This document shows, piece after piece, positions 44,930-52,881 of a DNA stretch of 55,115 nucleotides. A model generated the notes under the pieces. The model ran no database searches and had not been told where the DNA came from. It saw only the letters and a program-made list of their open reading frames with translations. The translations under genes and the position numbers were made by a program. Source of the DNA: an uncultured Methanosarcinales archaeon. GTDB taxonomy: Archaea; Nanobdellota; Nanobdellia; Woesearchaeales; GW2011-AR4. Where the stretch lies: the NCBI GenBank assembly GCA_964607225.1, contig CAZSIU010000002.1, positions 1-55,115 on the forward strand, written 5' to 3'. Each line of letters opens with the position of its first letter. Within the stretch, counting starts at the first letter, position 1.

Positions 44930-45961
44930 ATGGAAAAATCGGAATCTATACAAAATTTGAAAGAAGAACATTCTTTGGAAAAAATAAAGGATATACTATC
45001 CAAATTTAAGGACATTAAGACTCTTATAATTGGAGAGGCAATTATCGATGAGTACCACTTCACTGCTTCTAAAGGAAGAGCAACAAAAGACCCAATCTTA
45101 TCAGTTGATTATATAAATCATGAGGTATATGCGGGCGGAATTTTAGCAATTGCCAATCACGTCAGCAATTTTGTAAATGATGTTACAGTTGTTACGTTGA
45201 TAGGTGATAGGGAAGACAGGAAAGATTTTATAATGAATTCCCTAAATAAAAATATTACCCCAAAATTATTTGTAAAAGAAAATTCTCCTACGATAATGAA
45301 AAGGCGATACTTGGATATCATACGCAGCACTAAACTTTTCAAGGTAGAACATATTAATGATACGCCGATATCCGAGACACTAGAAAAAGAGATTGTAAAT
45401 TTCCTGGCACAAGAACTGACAAAATACGATCTTGTAATAGTAGGAGATTTCGGGCATGGATTTATCACAGAAAAAATCATAAAGGTTCTGGAAGATAAAT
45501 CAAATTTTCTGGCTGTTAATGTCCAATGCAACAGCGCCAATCTAGGGTATAATTTTGTTACAAAATATAATCGCCCGAATTTTCTCACTATGGATATACA
45601 TGAACTATGGTATGCAGTATCTGATAGGTTCAGTAAAGTTCCGGTTCTTATGGATAAACTGCATAAAAAAAAGAATTTCAACAAATTTTTAGTGACAATG
45701 AGCAAAGACGGCTCAGCATATTTTGATAATGGGAAGCAGACTTTTTCCCCTGCATTTATCACTAACCCTAAGGATACAGTTGGTGCCGGTGACGCAGTTT
45801 TTTCGATTACATCGCTATTTGCTTATACAGGCAATAGCCATATAATCCCATTTATTGCCAATTGTGCTGGCGGAATTGCCGTCAGCTACATGGGAAATAA
45901 AGAATTTATAACAAAAGAAAAATTGCTTGAGTTTATCATGCAAGTTTATAATGGGATCTAA
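44930..45961 (+). CDS. PfkB-family sugar(-phosphate) kinase, divergent RfaE-domain-I-like
   Basis: N-terminal LIIGEAIIDEY...GGILAIANHVS and C-terminal DTVGAGDAVFS anion-hole motif. Confidence 0.7.
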   Translation: MEKSESIQNLKEEHSLEKIKDILSKFKDIKTLIIGEAIIDEYHFTASKGRATKDPILSVDYINHEVYAGGILAIANHVSNFVNDVTVVTLIGDREDRKDFIMNSLNKNITPKLFVKENSPTIMKRRYLDIIRSTKLFKVEHINDTPISETLEKEIVNFLAQELTKYDLVIVGDFGHGFITEKIIKVLEDKSNFLAVNVQCNSANLGYNFVTKYNRPNFLTMDIHELWYAVSDRFSKVPVLMDKLHKKKNFNKFLVTMSKDGSAYFDNGKQTFSPAFITNPKDTVGAGDAVFSITSLFAYTGNSHIIPFIANCAGGIAVSYMGNKEFITKEKLLEFIMQVYNGI

Positions 45962-45968
45962 AAATACG

Positions 45969-47036
45969 CTAAATTTTGTCAAATTCTTTCTTTAGCTCCT
46001 GGTAACTCTTACCAGTAACGTCTATGAATCTGGCATTTACATTTTCAGCAAGCTTGGAGTCCTCTCGACTGTTTCCAATAATAATAATCTTGTCAAAGTC
46101 ATCGATCTTCACATTCAACTCTTTAATGGCATTGTAAAACATATCGGGGTTAGGCTTTCTTGCTGTACTTTTTTTTATGAAGTCTGGCAAGAATTTAGTA
46201 TCTTTCATCACATTTGCATAATTTATGTCAACATAAGGGCAATATCGCCAATTATCTACGACAATTCCTTTACTTCTTAGTGATTTAGAGATATTTTTAT
46301 TTATAGACTCTACTGTTCTTCTACTGAAGTATCCTCGTGCAACTCCCTGCTGATTAGAAATAACTACCATCACTGTGTCATTTTTTGCCTGTATATAGTT
46401 AAGCAAATCAACAACTTCTTTTTTTAACTTTATACTTTTTTCCCAGTTTTTCTCCCTTCCCAAAAATTTGACCTCTTCTATTAGGGTTCCATCCCGATCT
46501 ATGCCCAATAATACCTTTTCTCTTTTTACATTTTCTTGGATGTACCTAATTATATCCGTAGTTGACAGTTTCTCATCGGAAGTGTATATTACCTCCCCTC
46601 CTAAGGATTTTATTTTACTCCTTTCCCGAGTTATTCCGGGAGTAGTCTTGCTTACAAAGTCAGGACCTTTCACGTAATAAGATGGCTTTAATTTTTCTAT
46701 CACAGCCATAGCTTTCTTAAAATCACTTATAACCACATAATCAACATATCTGATACTAGCAACTGAATAAGCCCGCAGCATCTCCGGAAAAATCGGCCTG
46801 CCGCTTCCTTTTCTTGAAGTTACGAATCTGTCAGATGTGACAGAAACAAAAAGATGGTCGCACAATTTAGATGCGGATTCCAAATGTTTAATATGGCCAG
46901 GGTGCAACAAATCAAAGCCGCCATGGCACAAGCCAACGGTCTTATTTAGAGATTTTAATTTTGCTATTTTCCTGGCTGCTGTAGCTATATCCACAATTTT
47001 ATCTGACTTAAAGTGATTTACTTCTGCTTTAATCAT
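45969..47036 (-). CDS. Fusion: cytidylyltransferase-fold sugar-1-P nucleotidyltransferase (RfaE-domain-II-like) :: HAD-IIIA phosphatase (GmhB-like)
   Basis: GGFDLLHPGHIKHLESAS (H-x-G-H) and RKGSGRPIF, followed by IDRDGTLIEE, ISNQQGVARGYF and RKPNPDMF. ATG 47036 is preferred over the TTG at 47087. Confidence 0.7.
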   Translation of the reverse strand: MIKAEVNHFKSDKIVDIATAARKIAKLKSLNKTVGLCHGGFDLLHPGHIKHLESASKLCDHLFVSVTSDRFVTSRKGSGRPIFPEMLRAYSVASIRYVDYVVISDFKKAMAVIEKLKPSYYVKGPDFVSKTTPGITRERSKIKSLGGEVIYTSDEKLSTTDIIRYIQENVKREKVLLGIDRDGTLIEEVKFLGREKNWEKSIKLKKEVVDLLNYIQAKNDTVMVVISNQQGVARGYFSRRTVESINKNISKSLRSKGIVVDNWRYCPYVDINYANVMKDTKFLPDFIKKSTARKPNPDMFYNAIKELNVKIDDFDKIIIIGNSREDSKLAENVNARFIDVTGKSYQELKKEFDKI

Positions 47037-47095
47037 TTTATTTTTAAGCGTATATGCGGTAAATATAAATATATAATAAAATGTCAAAAATTTTT

Positions 47096-47347
47096 CACTA
47101 GTCTATGACTAGTGGCTGGAAGCCAATGCGCTTTGTGATTGTGCAAAATTTTTGATCGACATGTGAGCGAGTTCACTTCGCTCACTCGCATGTAGATGCG
47201 TGCGAGAATGCTCGCACGCTCGCATTCAACTCACTGCTCAAAAACCACCTGTCTATTTTAGGTGCACATTATGCTTACGCTACATTACACCAGTGAGATG
47301 AGCGAGCGAGAGCGAGCTCTCGCATTCGACTGACTGGTGGTTTTTGA
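47096..47347. repeat. GC-rich, hairpin-dense element; two further copies of the repeat family seen at 2922-3014
   Basis: Perfect hairpins: cactagtc-tat-gactagtg (47096-47114), gtgagcga-gttcact-tcgctcac (47163-47185) and gcgtgcgag-aatg-ctcgcacgc (47198-47219). Direct repeat tcgcattcaactcactg (47220-47236) / tcgcattcgactgactg (47320-47336). Long-range inverted repeat aaaaaccacc (47240-47249) / ggtggttttt (47336-47345). Confidence 0.6.
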
Positions 47348-47410
47348 CAAGTGGTACAATACTAATATTAAACTTTTTCGTAAATATTGTACTTGGATTG
47401 GAACAAAACG

Positions 47411-47446
47411 TTTATATATAAAACTACACAATTGGTTTTAGGGTGG
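47411..47446 (+). promoter_or_regulatory. TATA-like box plus Shine-Dalgarno-like element upstream of rfbF
   Basis: tttatatata (47411-47420) lies about 30 nt upstream of ATG 47451, and gggtgg (47441-47446) lies 4 nt upstream. Chance occurrence is plausible in an AT-rich genome. Confidence 0.3.
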
Positions 47447-47450
47447 TTTA

Positions 47451-48236
47451 ATGGGTAAATATAAGGTCGTGATATTATGCGGAGGAATGGGAACGAGATT
47501 AAAGGAAGAGACGGAATTTCGTCCAAAGCCTTTAGTTCATATTGGCGCATTTCCTATTCTATGGCATATAATGAAGCATTATTCTCATTATGGATTTAAC
47601 GACTTTGTCTTATGCCTGGGCTACAAGGGGGAGATGATCAAGGAGTACTTCCTTAACTATGGGTGGATGAGCAATGATTTTACCCTCAACCTGGGCAAAG
47701 GAAAAGGCCAGTTAAGCAATCATACAGATAATACTGAAAACTGGAACATAACATTTGCCGATACAGGAGACACAACGCAGACAGGAGGAAGAATCAAAAA
47801 AATAGAGAAGCACATAAAAGAGGATAACTTCTTGGCCACTTATGGAGATGGAGTTTCCAATGTCGATATCAAAAGGCTTATTGGATTCCATAAGGAAAAA
47901 AATAAAATCGGAACATTAACAGGAGTGCATCCATGGTCCAAATACGGGACGGTGCATACAGATAAAAACGGCATAATAACAAAGTTTACCGAGAAGCCGA
48001 TGCTCAAGGACGTGATAAACGGCGGTTTTTTTGTCTTCAAAAAAGACATATTCGATTATCTAGATAACGAGTGCATGCTTGAAAAAGAACCTTTTGAGAA
48101 ATTAGCCCAGGAGAAGCAACTTACCTTGTTCAAGCATGATGGGTTCTGGCATTGTATGGATACTTATAAGGATTTCCAGGAATTGAATGCAATTTGGGAG
48201 AAAGGAAATGCACCATGGAACATCTGGGGACTATAA
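47451..48236 (+). CDS. rfbF: Glucose-1-phosphate cytidylyltransferase
   Basis: VILCGGMGTRLKEETEFRPKPLVHIGAFPILWHIMKHYSHYGFNDFVLCLGYKG is the canonical RfbF/DdhA N-terminus. Confidence 0.9.
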   Translation: MGKYKVVILCGGMGTRLKEETEFRPKPLVHIGAFPILWHIMKHYSHYGFNDFVLCLGYKGEMIKEYFLNYGWMSNDFTLNLGKGKGQLSNHTDNTENWNITFADTGDTTQTGGRIKKIEKHIKEDNFLATYGDGVSNVDIKRLIGFHKEKNKIGTLTGVHPWSKYGTVHTDKNGIITKFTEKPMLKDVINGGFFVFKKDIFDYLDNECMLEKEPFEKLAQEKQLTLFKHDGFWHCMDTYKDFQELNAIWEKGNAPWNIWGL

Positions 48237-48237
48237 A

Positions 48238-49275
48238 ATGGAGTTTCATAATTTTTTTAGGGGAAAGAAAGTTATTGTTACAGGTCATACAGGATTCAAG
48301 GGATCGTGGCTTACTATATGGCTAAAAGAGATGGGAGCTGATGTTATTGGATATTCTATAGATACTTTATATGAAAACAGCCTTTTTGACATTGCAAATC
48401 TAAAGGACAGGATAGTTGATGTAAGAGCAGACATCCGTGACTTGAATAAATTAGAATCTGTCTTTAAGGAGCACAAACCAGAAATAGTATTTCATCTTGC
48501 TGCACAATCCCTTGTAAGGCTTTCCTATGACATGCCTGTCGAGACTTTTTCCACAAACTTCATGGGCACTGTAAATGTTCTTGAATGTTTAAGAAAATAT
48601 CCTTTTAAATCGGCTGTCATAATAACGAGTGATAAGTGTTATAAAAATATAGAGCAAGAGAAAGGTTATGTCGAGAGCGATGATTTCAGCGATCATGACC
48701 CTTACAGCACAAGCAAGGGATGCGCAGAAATAGCTGCAGCATCATACAGGAACTCTTTTCATGTAAAAGCTGCCACAACAAGAGCAGGCAATGTAATAGG
48801 AGGGGGGGACTGGGCAAAAGACAGGCTAGTTCCGGACATAATGAGGGCATTGATGATAGTAAAGAAGGATATTGTGGTAAGGAATCCTGCATCTGTAAGG
48901 CCGTGGCAGTTTGTGCTGGAGCCTTTGTCAGGATACTTGCTGTTGGCAAAAAAGCAATATGAAGGAGAGAACCTTAATGAAGGGTGGAACTTCGGGCCAG
49001 AAAGGGCTTCAATGGTGCCTGTCAAAAAACTGGCAGAGATGATTGCTGCTGAATGGGGTTCCGGAAATATAGTTGTGCAGGAAGACAAAACCAAGCCAGA
49101 GGCAGGGCTGCTTTATCTGGATGTTAATAAAGCGAAATCACGTGTTGGATGGAAACCAAGATTGGATATGCCCAAGACAATCAAATACATTGTCGAATGG
49201 TATAAAAATTATGAAAATGAGGATCCGTATGCTCTGTGCGTAAGGCAAATAAAAAGGTATGAGGCTGAAAGATGA
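48238..49275 (+). CDS. rfbG: CDP-glucose 4,6-dehydratase
   Basis: KKVIVTGHTGFKGSWL, YSTSKGCAE (Y-x3-K) and RAGNVIGGGDW are canonical RfbG/DdhB motifs. ATG 48238 follows the rfbF stop. Confidence 0.9.
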   Translation: MEFHNFFRGKKVIVTGHTGFKGSWLTIWLKEMGADVIGYSIDTLYENSLFDIANLKDRIVDVRADIRDLNKLESVFKEHKPEIVFHLAAQSLVRLSYDMPVETFSTNFMGTVNVLECLRKYPFKSAVIITSDKCYKNIEQEKGYVESDDFSDHDPYSTSKGCAEIAAASYRNSFHVKAATTRAGNVIGGGDWAKDRLVPDIMRALMIVKKDIVVRNPASVRPWQFVLEPLSGYLLLAKKQYEGENLNEGWNFGPERASMVPVKKLAEMIAAEWGSGNIVVQEDKTKPEAGLLYLDVNKAKSRVGWKPRLDMPKTIKYIVEWYKNYENEDPYALCVRQIKRYEAER

Positions 49276-49694
49276 TTAAAAATGTGATAATAACCCCGCT
49301 GAAAGTGTTTTCTGATCAAAGGGGAGAAGTAAAGCATATGATGAAATGCACTGATCCTGCTTTCAGCAAATTTGGAGAGATATACTTTTCCATTGTGCTG
49401 CCCGGAAAGGTCAAGGCCTGGCATAGGAACAAAAAGACGACAGTAAACTATGCTGTTGTAGAGGGCAACATAAAGTTGGTGCTTTATGACGGAAAAGAAA
49501 TGAAGGAAATACTTATGGGGGAGGGCAATTACTGCCTTGTTACAATACCTCCTGGCATATGGAGGGGCTTCCAGGCAATTGGCAACAAAAAAGCGATTGT
49601 GGCTGACCTTATGGACATGCCTTATGATCCTGAAGATGCGGAAAAAAAAGAGCCAAATGATCTCATTGACTGCTGGGAGCATGAGCAAGGATGA
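49272..49694 (+). CDS. Cupin-fold NDP-4-keto-6-deoxyhexose epimerase/isomerase (RmlC/WxcM-like)
   Basis: 140 aa. FSDQRGEVKH...KAWHRNKK... matches the pattern of small sugar 3,5-epimerases and 3,4-ketoisomerases. ATGA overlaps on both sides. Confidence 0.65.
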   Translation: MIKNVIITPLKVFSDQRGEVKHMMKCTDPAFSKFGEIYFSIVLPGKVKAWHRNKKTTVNYAVVEGNIKLVLYDGKEMKEILMGEGNYCLVTIPPGIWRGFQAIGNKKAIVADLMDMPYDPEDAEKKEPNDLIDCWEHEQG

Positions 49695-50623
49695 AAGTCT
49701 TGGTAACAGGGGGTTTTGGGTATATTGGAGCAAAGCTAATCCAATCCCTGTCAGAAAAAGGCCATGATGTGAGTGTATTTAGCAACATAGTCCCGAAAAA
49801 ATTTTCAGAAGTCAAGAGCTCTTATGAAATACATAAGGGCGATATTCTTGTAAAAAAAGACATTCAGAAAGCATGCAATAAAATAGATGCAGTCGTGCAT
49901 TTAGCGGCACTCCCCCACGAAAGATGCAAAGAAAATCCTTTAATGGCCCTTGAGATTAATGGAATAGGGACAAGGAATGTTCTGGAAGCTGCAAAAAAAG
50001 CAGAGGTTAAGAAATTTATTTACACATCAACGTTCCATGTCTATGGAAAGCAAAAGGGAAAAATAACAGAGGAAACGATGCCTTTCCCCCTTAATGATTA
50101 TGCCCTTTCCAAACTAGCCGGAGAGTTTTACTGCAGACAGTTTAATGACGGAATGAAATGCATTATAATGAGATTATCCAATACATACGGATTTTCGCCA
50201 TCTCCATCAGGCTCTAATCTTGCCATAAATGATTTCTGCATTCAATGCGTTAGGGATAAGAAGATAATTCTGAGGAGCAGAGGAAATCAAAAAAGGGATT
50301 TTATAGCATTGTCTGATGTATGCGAGGCTGTTTCTATAACTTTAGATGCCCCAACTGAGAAAATAAGGGAAACAATCTTTAATGTCGGAGGAGATAATCT
50401 TCTTTCGATACATGAAGCGGCAAAATTAGTGGCTAAGGTTTATTTTGAAAACTTTAAGAAAAAGATACCTGTAGAATTTGTTGAAAACCCTCTAAATGAA
50501 AAAGCAGTTGATTTTGAGTTTGACATTGTCAGAATAAAGAAACTTGGCTATGAGCCTAAAGCGGATATTGAAAAAGAAGTAAAGGAAATATTGGAAGCTT
50601 ATAAAGGTGGTATTATTGGGTAA
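49691..50623 (+). CDS. NAD(P)-dependent NDP-sugar reductase/epimerase (extended SDR)
   Basis: VLVTGGFGYIGAKLI, TSTFHVYG and YALSKLAGEFY. Confidence 0.75.
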   Translation: MKVLVTGGFGYIGAKLIQSLSEKGHDVSVFSNIVPKKFSEVKSSYEIHKGDILVKKDIQKACNKIDAVVHLAALPHERCKENPLMALEINGIGTRNVLEAAKKAEVKKFIYTSTFHVYGKQKGKITEETMPFPLNDYALSKLAGEFYCRQFNDGMKCIIMRLSNTYGFSPSPSGSNLAINDFCIQCVRDKKIILRSRGNQKRDFIALSDVCEAVSITLDAPTEKIRETIFNVGGDNLLSIHEAAKLVAKVYFENFKKKIPVEFVENPLNEKAVDFEFDIVRIKKLGYEPKADIEKEVKEILEAYKGGIIG

Positions 50624-50630
50624 AAGGCTT

Positions 50631-51389
50631 ATGATATTCATACCTGCATACAAGACACAAAGTACTGTATGCTCTGTCATCGACAGGATACCTCATGGTG
50701 TGCTGAAAAAAACAACGGAAATTGTTGTTATGGATAATCACAGTCCAGACAAGACATATGACGCTGTTGTTCAGTATAAAAAAAAGAAAAAAATGTCCAA
50801 GCTTAATGTATTCAAGCATGAAAAGAATATTTTTTTCGGGGGCAATCTGAAAGCAGGCTTTGATTATGCCATAAAACATAAGATGGACATAATGGTGGTG
50901 CTGCACTCAGACGGCCAATATCCTCCGGAAAGAATCAATGAGTTGATAAAGCCAATAGAGGTAGGAAAAGCAGAGACAACCTTTGGCTCAAGGTTTCTTG
51001 AGGACCCTCTTAAGGGTGGTATGCCTATTTGGCGCTTTTTAGGGAATATTTTTTTAACGCAGATCGAGAATATCCTGGTAGGGAAGAGATTTTCCGAATG
51101 GCATTCCGGATTTACTGCTTATGATAGTCATGCATTGAAGAAGTTGCCTTACAGCATGTGCGATAATGGCTATGAATTAACTACTGATATACTGTTGCTT
51201 TTCATAACTAACCATTACAAGGTTACAGAAATACCCATACCTACACATTATGGGCAGGAGTCCACAAGCCCCTCAATAGCTAGGACATTTTCATACTTTA
51301 TACACTCTTTCAGGCTCGCATTCACTTTTTTTCTGCATAGGTTAGGCATCATAAGAATAAGGAAATATGTTCCTTCAAGAAAACCATGA
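50631..51389 (+). CDS. GT2 glycosyltransferase (polyprenyl-phosphate sugar synthase-like)
   Basis: IFIPAYKTQ, VVMDNHSPDKT and VLHSDGQYPP (DxD-equivalent). ATG 50631. Confidence 0.75.
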   Translation: MIFIPAYKTQSTVCSVIDRIPHGVLKKTTEIVVMDNHSPDKTYDAVVQYKKKKKMSKLNVFKHEKNIFFGGNLKAGFDYAIKHKMDIMVVLHSDGQYPPERINELIKPIEVGKAETTFGSRFLEDPLKGGMPIWRFLGNIFLTQIENILVGKRFSEWHSGFTAYDSHALKKLPYSMCDNGYELTTDILLLFITNHYKVTEIPIPTHYGQESTSPSIARTFSYFIHSFRLAFTFFLHRLGIIRIRKYVPSRKP

Positions 51390-51459
51390 GATTTAATCAA
51401 TAAACCTGTATTTATAGGAAATAACTTTAATTTTCGTATACATTTATTATTTCCTAATA

Positions 51460-51502
51460 AGCAAATCACAATGAAAAGATACGAATATTAGTGTGATTTG
51501 CT
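51460..51502. terminator. Perfect 11-bp inverted repeat at a convergent gene junction (possible bidirectional terminator)
   Basis: agcaaatcaca (51460-51470) / tgtgatttgct (51492-51502) with a 21-nt loop. It spans the stop codon of the decayed GT2. Confidence 0.3.
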
Positions 51503-51847
51503 ATAATCAAGTAAAATAAAGCTTTCAAGCCATCTTTCCATGTTGTCTTTTTTCCTTCCTTGAACTTTCTTCCTAAAAAGCTTATATCAACTTCTTTTAT
51601 CTTGTAGTCATTCTTTAATATTTTGGATATGATTTCAGGCTCAAAGTCAAAACGCTTGGCTTTTAATTTTATTTTTTTGACTTGTCTTTGATTTTTTAAA
51701 ATATTTCTTGTATTATCAGTTGAGAAATCGTCAACAACAATTATTTCTTTCAGAATATTGTTTAATTTTGCTTTCTTTACTTTGTCAATAACCTTCAATA
51801 TTGTTTTTTCCCTCGTTATAGGCAGGAATTATAATTAAGAGCCTCAT
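51466..51847 (-). pseudogene. Decayed GT2 (dolichyl-phosphate sugar synthase-like): frameshift in an A6 run plus loss of the catalytic core
   Basis: ATG 51847 gives MRLLIIIPAYNEGKNNIEGY-stop. The adjacent frame continues (TILK)VIDKVKK...IIVVDDFSTDNT and then jumps directly to the C-terminal RFDFEPEI...EVDISFLGRKFKEGKKTTWKDG. About 100 aa of the central domain are missing. Confidence 0.6.
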
Positions 51848-51878
51848 CAGAAATCAAAATTCCAAATTGTTTTAAAAA

Positions 51879-52364
51879 TTATTGATTTTTATAAATACTA
51901 AGAATTTTATTTATTAGGCTAGTTGTCGAGTAACCTTTTTTCATTTTTGCGATAATAAGCTTGCCATTCTTTTCAACAACAGCTCTTTCTATTATCTGGT
52001 TAATCTTATAGTCACCAGCCTTGACATGAAAATCCGGCTTTATTTTTGAAATCCATTTTTTTGGATATTTCTCATTAAAAAGAAAAACATAGTCAACGCT
52101 TCCAAGACCAGCCAAAACACCTATGCGGGATTTTTCATCATTAATCGGCCTTTTACCCCCTTTATTCTGCTTTACTGAAGAATCTGTATTAACACCAACT
52201 ATCAAAATATCTCCAAACTTTTTTGCTTTCTCTAAATATTTAACATGTCCAAGATGAAGAATATCAAAAACACCATTTGTTGTCACAATTTTTTTATTTT
52301 GTTTTTTTAGCTTTTTTATTATTTTGACGAGTTGGTTTAAGGTTTTGATTTTTTTATCAATCAT
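51879..52364 (-). CDS. hldC: D-beta-D-heptose-1-phosphate adenylyltransferase (stand-alone RfaE domain II)
   Basis: TNGVFDILHLGHVKYLEKAK (H-x-G-H) and KGGKRPI. ATG 52364 overlaps the gmhB stop by 8 nt. Confidence 0.8.
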   Translation of the reverse strand: MIDKKIKTLNQLVKIIKKLKKQNKKIVTTNGVFDILHLGHVKYLEKAKKFGDILIVGVNTDSSVKQNKGGKRPINDEKSRIGVLAGLGSVDYVFLFNEKYPKKWISKIKPDFHVKAGDYKINQIIERAVVEKNGKLIIAKMKKGYSTTSLINKILSIYKNQ

Positions 52365-52881
52365 TTTCAATAACCCATTTTGCAGCATCAAGCAAATCCC
52401 TTGCAACATAGTCTGCTTTTGCGCCTTCTTTCTCCTCCATTCTCTTGCCTGTCAAAACAAGGATGGATTTGCAGCCTGCATTCTGCCCCATTTCAACATC
52501 AATTTTCTTGTCCCCTATCATGAAAGACCTACTCAAGTCAATGCCAAACTCCTTTGCAGCTTCTTTAATCATTTTTGCCTTTGGCTTTCTGCATTCACAA
52601 TTATCTTCAGGAGCGTGCTGGCATACATAAGTTTTTTCTATTTTTATATTATACTTCCCCAACTCTTCCAACACTCTGCTGTTATAGTCCAAAAAATCCT
52701 CAAATTTAAAATAGCCCCTTCCAATCCCGGATTGATTTGTTATAATAAACAATTTAAAGTCTTTCAATAATTTTAATCCTTCAACGGCATTTTTGACCAA
52801 TTTAAAGTCTTCTATTTTATGAACAAAGCCAACATCTTCAACAATGCAACCATCCCTGTCGACAAAAACAGCTTTAGTCAT
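52357..52881 (-). CDS. gmhB: D-glycero-D-manno-heptose-1,7-bisphosphate 7-phosphatase
   Basis: VFVDRDGCI, ITNQSGIGRGYF, the Zn-finger insert CQHAPEDNCECRKP, and GDKKIDVE. Confidence 0.85.
   Translation of the reverse strand: MTKAVFVDRDGCIVEDVGFVHKIEDFKLVKNAVEGLKLLKDFKLFIITNQSGIGRGYFKFEDFLDYNSRVLEELGKYNIKIEKTYVCQHAPEDNCECRKPKAKMIKEAAKEFGIDLSRSFMIGDKKIDVEMGQNAGCKSILVLTGKRMEEKEGAKADYVARDLLDAAKWVIEND

Noticed and set aside
48686-49767. Cluster of 76-174-aa ORFs on the opposite strand or in alternative frames of rfbG, the cupin and the SDR genes (48686-48949, 48720-48962, 48759-49094, 49209-49733, 49537-49767).
   Set aside because: They lie entirely inside genes with unmistakable conserved motifs, have low-complexity or odd composition and no start context. 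Most likely they are shadow ORFs caused by the locally higher GC content.
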